DNA of 64,000 nt from Perna viridis (taxonomy: Eukaryota): positions 42,290,862-42,354,861 of the forward strand of contig CM074511.1 in the NCBI GenBank assembly GCA_037379345.1. The letters are read 5' to 3'. Under the pieces are notes generated by a model. It worked only from the letters and a program-made list of their open reading frames with translations. It did not search any database and was not told where the DNA came from. Positions 52,701 through 64,000 of this stretch are shown here, in pieces (positions within the stretch are counted from its first letter, which is position 1; the number at the start of each line of letters is the position of its first letter). A program made the translations under genes and the position numbers.

Positions 52701-55700
52701 GCATGTTAACCGTATAGCTGATTTTATCAAATAAAACATAACTTGATTTAGATTGAACATTACTTATTTCCAATAAAAAAAAACACAAAGTTCGAAAAAT
52801 AATCAAAGATAGTGGTTCGTTACAGTCACATTATTCTAAGAGATCCCTGAGCGTGATGGACGGACAGACGGGCGGCATCGGAGCGTTTACTCGACCTGCA
52901 TTCACCTTTAGCGACGCAGGTAAAACTCCGAACTCTTTCAAGGAATCATTTCACACTTGACATTGTGGTGCCTAGTGTAAGCGTCAGAATTCACTTCCAC
53001 CACAATTTATCCAGAAAACTCATTTACATGTTTAAAGTCCTAATTTTGTACAAATCAGAGGCATTGAATCTAAGAAGTGAATTTGTAAATGAAATGACAT
53101 CATCTTAGCAAGCCTAATTAGATCAAATACTACTTCTTGGTAAACTGACTCCAGGGAGAATATTGATCCGTAGGAATCACCGAAGGCATTGAATTAAATC
53201 ACGCCTTGGATCGTGGGATTACTGTGTTTATGTGTCTTTTTGCTGTAGTATAGGTCACTGTTTGTTTCCTGACATACCATGCTGACGTATAATCATTTAC
53301 GCATATGCTCAAAATACCATCGAGTGTTTGCTCAGGCCTCAAACTCATTGAAAGTGGAGCTCTCTCACCAAACAGTCAATAGACATTAATCTGCATTTTA
53401 TAATTTGTAACATTCATTTCTATTATGTGACAAGAACGGCTGCTTGGCAATCCATTGAGACACTTTGTGCCTTTGCAATCAACGGTTTCAATGAAATATG
53501 GGAAGAAAAACGGCTTAAAGTACTTAAACTGTCGTCAAAATGAACAAAGAAGAAATATTATTAGCAAATATAGAAAATAACAAAGAACTTAAATTCTCTT
53601 GCAGAATTCTTCTACTTCAAAGGAAGAAAGAAATAGCACCGCTGTAAATATATCGATAAAAAATATCAGTTTTCTTTCCAATTTCTGCAAAAGGCCTGGA
53701 AGCTTTTGTCCGGACGGAATTTTTCGAATCAGGAAATTTAGTTTCAAATACTATTGGGCTAGATTTATTTTCTTATATTGTACACTCAGTAGAATCTGAA
53801 GGCCAATTTTAATTTATTTTCTAGGTAGTGGCGGCTAGGATTTTTTCTGTCCAAAATTTTTCAAAATCCACAGTACAAAAATGTAATGATTATTTTTACT
53901 TACTTTCTTTATACTGCAATATGTTTTCATGCCATAAAGTCATCACAACACACATATAACAATTTCTGTTTCTGAAAAAAGGCAACAAAAGCATTTCAAA
54001 ATTGTATCTTGGACTCTGAGGCATCATAAAGTCTATTTTTGTCGAATTAAAACAAATATGGTAGCTATAATTCAAATTGCAAAATTGAGATCAATTCTAT
54101 ATAATAGTTAATATTTTTCCGAAGCAGGATTAGAAAAAAGGCTTAAGTATATCCATTTGTTCTACCTCGGGAGATATGCAACTTTCGTATCAAAAAGTCA
54201 TTTTGCGTGTTTACTTGTTAGAGGGAAAGTTAATGTTCGCCTGATATTTTAGCAGTGACGCATGTGCACTTGTTCCAAAGTAAAAGACCAAATGTGTTTT
54301 CAGTAAAAATGCATGTGTGAAATGATAACTGGTTGAATTTAATGCACCCAGTTAAATAAAGGAATTTCTAGACTTTTTGTAAAGAAATTATGCTCTAAAT
54401 TCCGAAATAATAGTGGTGTCTTTATTATTGCAAAACAATGCTTAAAATCACAATAATAAAAATTCGCTTTATATAATTTTCGACATTACCGATTCGGGAT
54501 ATTTGACTCAAAATCGCAAAAACGTATTCACATTTTTTACTTAAAAATCGCAATCGCAATAATGAATACATGCAATAATTTCTTACTTGATTAAGCGCCG
54601 TTACAGTATGACCTTTTTGTGATTAACCAAAACATTATATATACGAGCCTAAACATTAAAGTATAAAATTCTAATTTAGCGTTCATCAGTACTAGATCAC
54701 CTCTTCGACAGATAAAAAAAATATATACAAATTTTCTATTATAATACATTATTTATTACAAAACGTTAATGATAACAGAAATAAATTTTAATTAATTAAC
54801 AATCAAGTGAAAGACATAAACAATAAAATGTCAATAAACACTTTTGAACAAAGAAACTATCAAGGGTTGGTGAAGTCAATTGGACATCTATTTAATTAAC
54901 TCCATACGGGACAAAGAGCCTGAAAATAGCTTCAGAATAAAAGTCGATCTGCTAAAACCTATATCATATTGATCTATAAAAAGCATGCATCGTTTATTAA
55001 AAACCAAATTAACTGTTGGATCAATGCTTTGTATTATGAAGCATGTGTTTGGTATATAAACAGCTGCATGGCCTCAGTCTTTATGGCCAAAACCATAGTC
55101 CTATATTTTTGTTTCATTTGACGGTTTAATTTGTTCCTCTGACAATAAACCTGCATGATTATCGGTAGAAAACTCTAATAGTACATAAACACAGTAATAT
55201 TGATAATACAGAACAAAGGGAGAAGTCGACTTAGTCAAAGCATACCTCGTTTAATGTTATTTTATTCATAACATACAGAAAAAAAAATTGACGCCCCACA
55301 AATTTTCAGTAAACAAGTACTATTCAGACACACGAATGCATGTAAATGTTGTCTTTATCACCAAAGTGAATTTTAATGCCGTGTAAATATTGAACTTATA
55401 TTCTCTAGTTTTAGTATATTTCTGTGGGAATTGCACATGTACTGTTATTTCAAATTGAAAGCCAATAGCTTTATGTAGATAAAATATCGCTAAAAAATGT
55501 CAACAATTGGTATATTCTAAATCTAGTCGTTTTTTTTTCTGAACAATGGAAGTAGATTATGGGGTATTTTATAGTTCAATTACGAATGTACTACAATTTA
55601 ACCAGAAAGTTTTAACAGACAACTAGACATGATCCGTACCTATTATACAAGAGGTATTTATTGTCTTCTTTCTGAGCACATGTTCCTTTCCTTGTTATTT

Positions 55701-55781
55701 CGTTGTGGGAAATTTCTAACTCGCCGTATCGACTCTGATACCAACGCCCTCTCATACCATTGGGAAATACACACGCCGTCA
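43502..55781 (-). CDS. Uncharacterised Cys-rich extracellular protein, probably GPI-anchored (DUF7042/7043/7044-like invertebrate family); at least 13 exons, about 558 aa without the missing first exon
   Basis: Hand-spliced minus-strand exons 55781-55640, 53971-53904, 52577-52497, 51038-50859, 50558-50452, 48721-48613, 48089-47816, 47119-47055, 46411-46337, 46065-45907, 44937-44840, 44329-44218 and 43707-43502; all GT-AG, phases compatible, no stops. Motifs CVFP..RGRWYQS, HENILQYKE, PVPCPFQG, FQCLATW, YRCF, SADATCQGL, VVELQIG. C-terminus is an S/G/A-rich stalk plus hydrophobic ITLLLTFVFVLLY. Family name recalled, not searched. Confidence 0.9.
44218..44329 (-). CDS. Cys-rich gene exon (VYSETSNGIDVHEDELCRN...LLKPA)
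   Basis: attcag acceptor, GTAAGC donor, phase 0 to 1. Confidence 0.85.
44840..44937 (-). CDS. Cys-rich gene exon (VDIYQCLVSWEEGRSNYVIA...AKCL)
   Basis: ttccag acceptor, GTACGA donor, phase 1 to 0. Confidence 0.87.
45907..46065 (-). CDS. Cys-rich gene exon (QKRRHTRSTSCPQPGSFKF...FCPRTNRRS)
   Basis: ttttag acceptor, GTCGGT donor, phase 1 to 1. Confidence 0.85.
46337..46411 (-). CDS. Cys-rich gene exon (EALEEEYNVCHDGRFNPGLNFLLI)
   Basis: ttttag acceptor, GTAAGT donor, phase 1 to 1. Confidence 0.82.
47055..47119 (-). CDS. Cys-rich gene exon (TSKYRCVRLTKRHSKVVELQIG)
   Basis: ttccag acceptor, GTATAT donor, phase 2 to 1. Confidence 0.85.
47545..47758. mobile_element. TTAA-targeting MITE (Kolobok/piggyBac-type) in an intron
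   Basis: TTAA|GGAGGTAGACCTATGGTAAGGGACA ... TGTCCCTTATCCTAGGTCTACCTCG|TTAA: TIRs of about 30 bp and a TTAA duplication. Confidence 0.85.
47816..48089 (-). CDS. Cys-rich gene exon (DPYDYRWPLPHCSFSKFFIHHKKWRDLSG...STDDTC)
   Basis: ttacag acceptor, GTTGGT donor, phase 1 to 2, 274 nt open. Confidence 0.87.
48613..48721 (-). CDS. Cys-rich gene exon (MHNFFSMSGDMSISADATCQGLQSPTVG...)
   Basis: tttcag acceptor, GTAATT donor, phase 0 to 1. Confidence 0.88.
50452..50558 (-). CDS. Cys-rich gene exon (ELDFQCLATWENGEKFLYG...EYRCF)
   Basis: ttacag acceptor, GTATGT donor, phase 1 to 0. Confidence 0.9.
50859..51038 (-). CDS. Cys-rich gene exon (VPSKPVPCPFQGYYSFKY...CPGMPETSDK)
   Basis: tttcag acceptor, GTATTA donor, phase 1 to 1. 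Confidence 0.9.
52497..52577 (-). CDS. Cys-rich gene exon (SYCFVENDIDKICNRIHGEAQLHTIVR)
   Basis: ttgtag acceptor (duplicated upstream), GTTTGT donor, phase 1 to 1. Confidence 0.82.
53904..53971 (-). CDS. Cys-rich gene exon (NRNCYMCVVMTLWHENILQYKE)
   Basis: tttcag acceptor, GTAAGT donor, phase 2 to 1. Confidence 0.88.
55640..55781 (-). CDS. Cys-rich gene exon (TACVFPNGMRGRWYQSRY...YLLYNR)
   Basis: ttgcag acceptor, GTACGG donor, phase 1 to 2. Confidence 0.85.
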
Positions 55782-56801
55782 CTGCAATAGAAAATGATAT
55801 AATTGGTGTTTTATCATGAATCATGCATTGGAGTTCTACAGATGTAGTATGTCTGATAGAAAAAATATTGTACATTTATAGTACTTTTAAACAGATGAAC
55901 ATTTTCATCAACCCCTACTGGGAACAGAAAACATTTAGTGCGATAAAGAAGAAACAATACATACACGGATTTAGGTCAATTAAGGCAAAAATATAATCGA
56001 TCGAACGGGTCTATTGGAAAAGGGTTAACAGAACATGATGTTCGTTTTCTTATTTGTAATTCATAATATATGAAAAATTTTTTGGATCGAAAATGATAAC
56101 CGTGAGATTTTCCATAAAAATCAAAGACAAAGATTCCATTCATGTGTTATCGTTTACTTCTACTACATCAAGATCTAAGGCATCGAATAACGAACAGACT
56201 GAATCTATTCTGGTAAACGGAACCAAATCTCAAGAGTTTCCATTGTTGACTGACGAGTAATTAAATATCAACATTATAATTGAATGATTGTCAATAAGAG
56301 ACCCATTTTCCAATAACGAATTCAAGATTGCTTAGATTTGTTGTAGATATATAGTATGGAATGTTCAAACGTAGCAGAATTTGTGGTAAAGAAACAATTT
56401 CTTGGTGATGGGATAACTACAGTCATAATTAATTGAAGTTTTCATTTATTTGTAGTTCAGATAAGCTTAATTATTCTTGCAACATGCCTATACATAAATT
56501 GCTTGTCCGAAAATGTCATTGAACTCGGACCTGATCATGCATTAAATATCAAGTTTGATTTTTGGGTCATTTTATGTGTAGACATTAACAATTTAAATGT
56601 ATACAACAACTCGCTTTATATCATAGCAAAACATAATTATAACATTTTTTTACTATGTAATTGTTTATCAAAATAATAAAATACAAAGTTGACTAAGATC
56701 TACTTCATATATAAAGGAACATACAAAAAATGGAAGGAAACCAGACATTGTATAGACAAACAGACAAGCGGACTGAACCTATTTAAGCCGTGTTGACATA
56801 A

Positions 56802-57010
56802 TCAAAGAGTAATCAAGGGAACCAAGGTTATAGCGGAAATCAAAAGAATGTAATCCAGGGACAAAGACCAGACATGGAAAACAGACATACACAACAAAGA
56901 ACATAAGGTAACAAAAATCATACATACAAAGTAACAAAAGCAAATGAGCATCTCGGACTCCATTAAAAACTGGGAGCATGGACCAGGTGCACCGGTAGGG
57001 TAAGCGTCCT
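56802..57010 (-). mobile_element. Most intact copy of a dispersed SINE-like family (CCTACCGGTGCACCTGGTCCATGCTCCCAGTTTTT...)
   Basis: Related copies at about 8140-8325 (-), 8755-8925 (-), 34110-34270 (+) and 37945-38085 (+); more distant copies at about 15340-15535 and 39340-39485. Confidence 0.8.
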
Positions 57011-58869
57011 CAAAGTTTACCTTCATAAACTTGATCAAAGAAATATTGGGCAAAGTTTTCAATGTCTGCTGACGCCATCAAAGTCTTTGGTGGATCTAAG
57101 ACAAAGAAAAGTTGGAGGAAGACTATATTTATATTTCACTTTGCCAATTTGCGAAGATCTCATGTATAACACCGTTTCTTTAATCACAAATCACTTCACT
57201 CTTTTACTTTACCATTCCAGATAGACACTCTGCTCTGAACTTAAAAAAAATGTCTATTAAATCTTCTATAGTTTCATTTGTCCAAAAATTTTACTGGTCT
57301 TTACTTCATCATACTTTCCTTTCTCGTGATATTAACGTGTGCATTTGTATTGTAAACAAAACGCTTGCATTATTACAAAACTCAAACAGTAATTGGTCAA
57401 TGTCCGTCAAAGTCCATCAAAGTTTAAAGAAAAATAGGATGAATTTATATTCCATGCCAGTCCATCAAAGTTTCAAGAAAAATAGGATGAATTTATATTC
57501 TATTCCAATCCATCGAAGTTTTTTTATCCAAATTTTCTTTGATGGCTGAACACTATAAAAAAAATTTAAAAAAAACTTTGACCAAGTTTCCTTAGACGAA
57601 GAAAAGTTTGATAGTGTCAACGAGACTACATTGATAGCTCCACATTGATAATCTTATTAGATGATACTTAAACTTTTACATTATGATTAGATGTTAAAGC
57701 ACCAAAATCATTTCTAAATATTCACCTTTGAAATCAGAACTTAACAAACTCAAAGGGTGTCAAAATAAATTTAGTAATAAGACAGTATCATTTAGCTTAA
57801 TAGTATTTGGAATACAATGAACTAAATACGAAAATAAAATTGAATAGCTTTATCATAAACTTTGCGTGATTTGTCATGTTAAAATGATAGTTTCCATAGA
57901 TTATTGAACCTTCCTTGTGGATTTGTTTTATGGTAATATCAATAAAAATAAAACTGGAACGGTGCAAAAAATAACTCCTTTACTGAAAGGTCAATTAAGC
58001 AGAATAGTTCATGTCATTTGAAAAGGGTGTCTTCTTTAACTTTGAAAACGGATGACAAATACACTGTTTGAGTCTTTTGTATGAAGTGCCGATAGTTTAA
58101 CGGTATTACTTTACAATTTCTTGTTTCTAAATACTGGTGCATTATTGCATTATATATTTCAGTCATTATTTTGGTCGTTAGTTAGTTTGTAATTTAAGTT
58201 TAATGTCAAATGATTTATTAACACACAGTAGGGTATGTCAGCTGACACAGAAGGACCGTTTATTTCTTATCCTAACGATGAATGCAGTCATACCGAACTG
58301 ATACAGACTGATAATGTACGATGACAGATATAAACTAGACTAATTCTGACCGATGAAACAAAGCATCGCGTATCGTTTCTGATGACAGAAAAAGTCATTT
58401 ATTATCAAGACCATTAACTGATTGATTATTAGTCAGAATACAATATTCATTAACACCTTCAACATTGTTTCTGGAGTATCAGTGGTTACATATTAGTAAT
58501 AAGGACTATTGTCATTGAACCAGAAGAACAACACATGTTAACAGTATTTGACAAGGCCGAAATCAGCAACAAAATCATGCTTCAGATAAATAATATCATC
58601 CCATTGTTGCATGATGGTTTTTTTTTTGGAAGAAGGACATATCAATTAGAGAAACCAAGTATAAGTAGTCAAAACATTCACGATTATAACGTGGTATACT
58701 AAAATGAAACCACAGTAATAAGACCACAGAGAACGAATTTGCTGACCAAACTCTATCTTTGTGTCATTCCATAGATTGTCCATGTAAAAGAAGGTTCCAT
58801 AAGTACATTATAATCTGACTCATGAAAAATTTCTTCTTTTTTTTTTTCACACGTCTATCCAATAGATAT

Positions 58870-59200
58870 ATAGCGAGTAACACAGTTAACTTCATGGAAA
58901 AGAGTTGGTCTTCCCTTGATTGAATAACGATTAATAAGAAACTTTTCTATCAAACATAGATTCAAACTGATATCTCTTGTAAATTGTCAAGCATACAAGT
59001 AACTACCTAATTCATTCCACAAGGTAATCGTCATTTAAACAATGGAAGACTGACCCTACTCCATGAAATTAACTATGTTACCCGCTGTAAATCTCCTTAT
59101 CATTAAGTTTGAAATGTAATTTACCGAAGGAAATTCATCTGGTAATATTAACTTAATTAACGGAAGACCAACTCTACATGTAGTTATATTATTCGCTGTT
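58870..59200. repeat. Foldback of a roughly 50-bp repeat unit
   Basis: AGCGAGTAACACAGTTAACTTCATGGAAAAGAGTTGGTCTTCC (about 58872-58914) is inverted at about 59044-59090, partly again at about 59162-59200, and also occurs at about 48545-48595. Confidence 0.65.
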
Positions 59201-62200
59201 AACATAAAACCGCTTGACCACTCGACAGAAGTCAATCTAACCTGCAGTTACATGATGTAGTTGTGTTGACCGATTTATCAGAACTATAATGGAATAATTA
59301 TCAATCACTCATGTAATGATGAACACTTAAAGCAAATTATGATAATTATCACTTTGTTATACATGAAACCTTGAATTATACTGCATCAAAACAGTATAAA
59401 CAATCCTTGAACAAATTCTCATTGAAGTCATTCATGTACATGTACATATCCCTCAATTCTTCAATGTCCCATTCACCACAGATCCTATAAAATCTACAGT
59501 TTATTACTACGGCATCAACAGAAATGTACATGTATTTTTTAATTCTCTGTTATTCAGTGTTGTTTTTAGTTAAATAACACATCATTTTGATAAATATAAC
59601 ACTATTTAAAAGGAAACCGTCCATTTCCCATTTAAAATCCCCAGACAATTTCATTCCCTGTATATCATGCTCCACGAAATCAGAAGTATATTTAGATTTA
59701 TCCGTCTGTGAGAGACCAAAGTGTGGTCAGTGACGTTAAAAACCTCTTATGGCTTTCTATTTCGATATTTTTGGTTTCGAGTACTTCGTGCATGTGTACA
59801 GCTTTCATGTAAATATTCCTATATGTATTTGGTTCTTATGGCTCTTAAGAAAGGTTACTCATTTAAATTTGTGTATTGGCAATATCAATATGAGTGGTAT
59901 TTTTGTATTTAACTAGCATATTCTAGCATAACTAGCATATTCTAGCATAACTAGCATAACAAGTATATTCTGCTTTATTTAGACAACCCACGTGTAGGTT
60001 AAACATAGTAACAAAGAGACAAAAAGCAAAATTAATATTCTATTAGAACCGAATCCAGACTACCATTTAATTTTGTACCTTTGAACAAGGTACAATTATA
60101 TAAACAAGTTCCCTCCCTTGGATTAATCTTTGATGTTGCTGAAAAAATCCGGATACCATTGAAATGATGGTTCCTTTACAAATTATATGTCTTCTTTGAA
60201 AATACGTTGACATCTGATTTCACGTCTTTCATTCTATTGACAGCAAAGGTTTCAAAAAAGTAATTTTAAAGAATTGTCTGCATAATGCACCATAATCTCT
60301 GACAGGTCATTTCCTTCTTTTGTACAATGTGACATACAATATCCTGATAAAGGGGCTCTGTTACCTTATTGTTGCAATTACAGATCCTTTGGAGTTCGAG
60401 CATGAAAACTGTTTGCACTGGATAAATCAGATGTTGACACGTGTACATTGTTAAAAAGGTCTTGGCAGTCAAGTGTCAAGAATTTCATTCATTTTTTTAC
60501 CAAATGGTGTGATATACCGGTAACCAGCTTTTGGGTAAACCAAATTTGGTTTTGTAAGCATAACTTGGTCAGAAATAATAATAATAAAAAAAAAAAAAAA
60601 CAACAACAACAATTCATAGACAAGTCAATTATTTTTTAATCGATTCCATTCCAAATTTAGTTTTGATCCTTAATCGAAATTTTATTTATTTCTGGATTAT
60701 TTGCGAATCTGCCGATGTTAATTAAGGACGTAAAAAAATTCCATATTTATTAAAATATATGGAAATTGTGGTCTGGAAATTGGGTGATGGTACTTTATAT
60801 GTTAGTTACATAAACATTAGACTAATCTAGCATCCACGAATATATTGACGGAGAGATCTCCTAAGAATATCAAAAGAAACAGCCAGACCCATAAGATTCT
60901 GACATTTTTTCTGCCTATATGCTCATAAGTCTCAGAAGATAGAAATTTCCCTCTAGAAGACAACAGATTGATAAAACTCCGAAGGCTTATTAATATTTTA
61001 TCCAAGGAGATGCACTCAGTATTGATTCTTTATATAATTCAGTGACAACGCTACTATCAAGAAACAACACGAAAACAATGGACGCTAAGTGAATCTAAGT
61101 TTCTTTACTTAAGCCATTACTTTTATTTTAATGCTTTGTTGTGCGTGTTGTGGTTTTAACGATATAGTGATGCTATCTGTTAGTATTAACATATCTTCCT
61201 TGTACAGAAATGAATACTTATACTACTAGTGAAGCTAATGTTTAAGATAAATGCTATGTCATGGTGGATGAGATTCCTGTAAAATTATGATATTAGATTT
61301 TACTATACATGATATATACACTTAAATGGGTATAAAGTAGACTTATTACACTCCTTGCAGTAAAAAACCTTTTGTCATTTTATCCAAAACATAACATATG
61401 TTTGATGTCTCCTTTACGTGTCCGGATAAAAAAATAGATTTTATACTAGATAAGAGGATTAAATGCATTTTCTATTGACGCCATGATTACATAATTTATA
61501 AATATATTGCGACAATGATAAATAATTTCTCTTTATCCAAAATTTATAAAAATGAAAAAAAATACAAGAAAGTCGGACTACACGCTTTAATGTTGAATGC
61601 AATACTGGTAATTTGATAATTTTGTAAACATGCACACCAGATTAGAAAGAAGAAAAAAACTGATCTGGGTACACCACGCACACAATGTTTATGTGTATTC
61701 TGGGTAAACTATACAGTCAGGTGTGTTCTTGTGTTTCCGCAGGTCACTTAGGCGAAGAATGTCTTACATGCGTCATTGATAATTTAACACTTGTTGTTTC
61801 GGTCTCACAAATGTTTCGGTGAAACAGTATGAACACAACACCAGCAAAACTTAAGCAGCAATCAGTAATCAATCCAGATACGCCGAACAAGCAAATACCA
61901 ATGAACCTTGAATGTTAATGAGTATACATTTCAGATTGCAGGTGAGATGCCAATAGTTTATCGAGCATAATCAGCCCAACAAGTGAAAACAGGAGATAAT
62001 CCACAAAACTGCAGTTAGGTACCGATAAAAAGCAATCTGTCGAACATTTCACTCCATATCTTAATGATAAAACATCGGAAATAAATGGCAAAACCTATCA
62101 GAATTTAACGTGTTATGGCAGATATAGTAGGTCAGCTGATTTAAAGATATAAAAAAATCAGCAATGTTTTATTAAACTAAATCGTTCTGTGTCTCAAAAA

Positions 62201-64000
62201 TTATAGGGAATAACCACAAAACATGTAAGGATAAATCGACGAAATTTGTAATTATCTAAATCCCGCCATATTATACCTTTGTTAGAACATAAACCAAATC
62301 GCAATGTCATCTCAGTTCCTTTGGTGGTGAATGTTTATATATAGTCCATTATTAGATGAACATAAATAGAGATGACCATAACATTCTGCAAGGAAAACCA
62401 ATATTTACAATGCTTACAATGGCACTGAGCCGAGTTGATGACACTCATAAACTAACGCTACATTGGTATTCAGTGATTGAATTTCCTAATGGTGGAAATG
62501 AACTGACCAATACATCCGCTAATAATACGGAATGGATGGAGGGAAAAACCAACGTAGAATTACAATTATCTCAATTTCTACACGAAGTCTGCAGAAAAAT
62601 TACACCAGGTTTCATTATATTAGTCCCCTCTCTATATTACAATCACCTTGTCGGTCCGTCAATCCGTCCGTTACACTTTTCTGTAACATATTTCTTAGAG
62701 CTTCTATATGAAGGAAAGTACCCAGATATGTATATGACTTGTATCGTGTCTGCCCTTTCCACGTTCTTCGCTTTTCTACTTCTTGTTTCCCGTACGACTT
62801 AATTTGACAGAATTGATAAAGTGAAGAAATTCTTAAAACGACGTAGAGTGAAGCAAATTATTAATCATATAGTACGTGTAGTTAATTTTTATTGCTAATT
62901 GATAAAAACAAATGCATTTTTATGAAGATTTTTTTTTCTCGAAAAATTACCAGAATGTTTGTACATGTCCTTGATTCAAGACTCTTTAAAAAGTAAATCA
63001 AAAGAGGACTTGACAAACAAGGACGGGGTAGGGTGTGTATGCCGGTACAATATTTTCTACAAGAATCTTATCCCCCGGGGTTAGTATTTGCGACATGTTT
63101 TTGCTTCTAGATAAACAACAGCCCTCAAGAGAAAACAGAAAGTGGATTACGACATTCGTTTGTCGTATTATATGAAATTTAAACCAGCATTGATTTTGTC
63201 TTATTATTTCACAATCAGTTACCAAAATGATTGAATTTATCAATGAAATTTAATCCTATTGAATGTCAAAAATCTGTAAATATTTAATTTGAATTATTTT
63301 GATATTTTTATAGTATTGTTTTGTCAAAACAAAACTATTGTTCATATAAAATAGCTTTCGAAATACGAAACTGAATGATGATGGCTGTTAATCCGGGAAT
63401 ACCTGGCATAAGATGATCTTGTATCGATCAGGCAGAACTGAAGGCCTTCTATGAATCACGGTGTTTTGAAGTAGCAGTCTTTATAAGAACCATGTAAATT
63501 TTGTGATGTGTTATCCCCTCAAAAAAGGCTTCAAATTATTTTTTTTTTGTTATTAAGTTGAGTCTTTATAATGAAGTGCATAATTATTCGTTCCAATCTG
63601 TTTGGTCTTAGGAAATAAGTTACATCGAAAACCCAATATTTAATTGTATTTCAGAGTCATTTACAGAGTTACCTCCCTTAATTTTGAATTCCTATATGAT
63701 TTTTATCTTTTATACAAGGGTTATACAAAAACCACGTTTTACTTTATTCATGTCAAAAACAACGTCAAAAACAAAATATCAAAATTAAAAAAAAATATAG
63801 GCTTTCCAACCATGTATTACATTTTGCACGATTCTAAGCTAGAGTGTTACTGAAAACTGAACGTTTATCGACGAATCTTGCTTTTCAATTTACTTCCGAT
63901 CATACAAGCACATCAAGAGGTCATTAAAATAATTACAAGTGTATGATAGGCTTGCTTTGCTACTAGCCTTTTATAAATTGAATATCTGCTGTAGCTAGAG

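Noticed and set aside
58500-62060. Candidate signal-peptide first exons for the Cys-rich gene (about 58578, 60817-61005 and 61770-61910)
   Set aside because: None combines an in-frame ATG, a hydrophobic core and a good phase-1 donor
62356-62802. 148-aa plus-strand ORF
   Set aside because: No recognisable domain; the 3' half runs through a GTCC-type repeat element

Overview
AT-rich eukaryotic genomic DNA with GT-AG introns. The repeat families look like those of bivalve molluscs, but that assignment is from memory and unverified. Most short ORFs in the supplied track are noise. Supported genes: (1) a 7-coding-exon ELOVL fatty-acid elongase, ELOVL4/8-like, 262 aa, + strand, 2758-7771; (2) three GIMAP/AIG1-family immune GTPases, each with one coding exon, at 9839-10717 (-), 12049-12882 (+) and 17898-18773 (+); (3) a Cys-rich, probably GPI-anchored protein with at least 13 exons on the - strand (43502-55781, first exon not found), built from a duplicated six-exon module. 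A possible degraded GPR180/TMEM145-like remnant lies near 20.7-21.1 kb. The rest is MITEs, SINE- and Helentron-like repeats and minisatellites. Main highlights: two GIMAPs end in CaaX prenylation motifs, one with a GBP1-like poly-Arg+CaaX tail (RRRRRRKNDCTIQ), while the third has extended past a CaaX-like Cys into an amphipathic tail. The head-to-head pair shares a ~260-bp promoter with kB-type sites. A GC-rich, hairpin-dense element sits in intron 1 of the second GIMAP. A 32-bp duplication creates a stop-inducing decoy splice acceptor in the GPI-protein gene.
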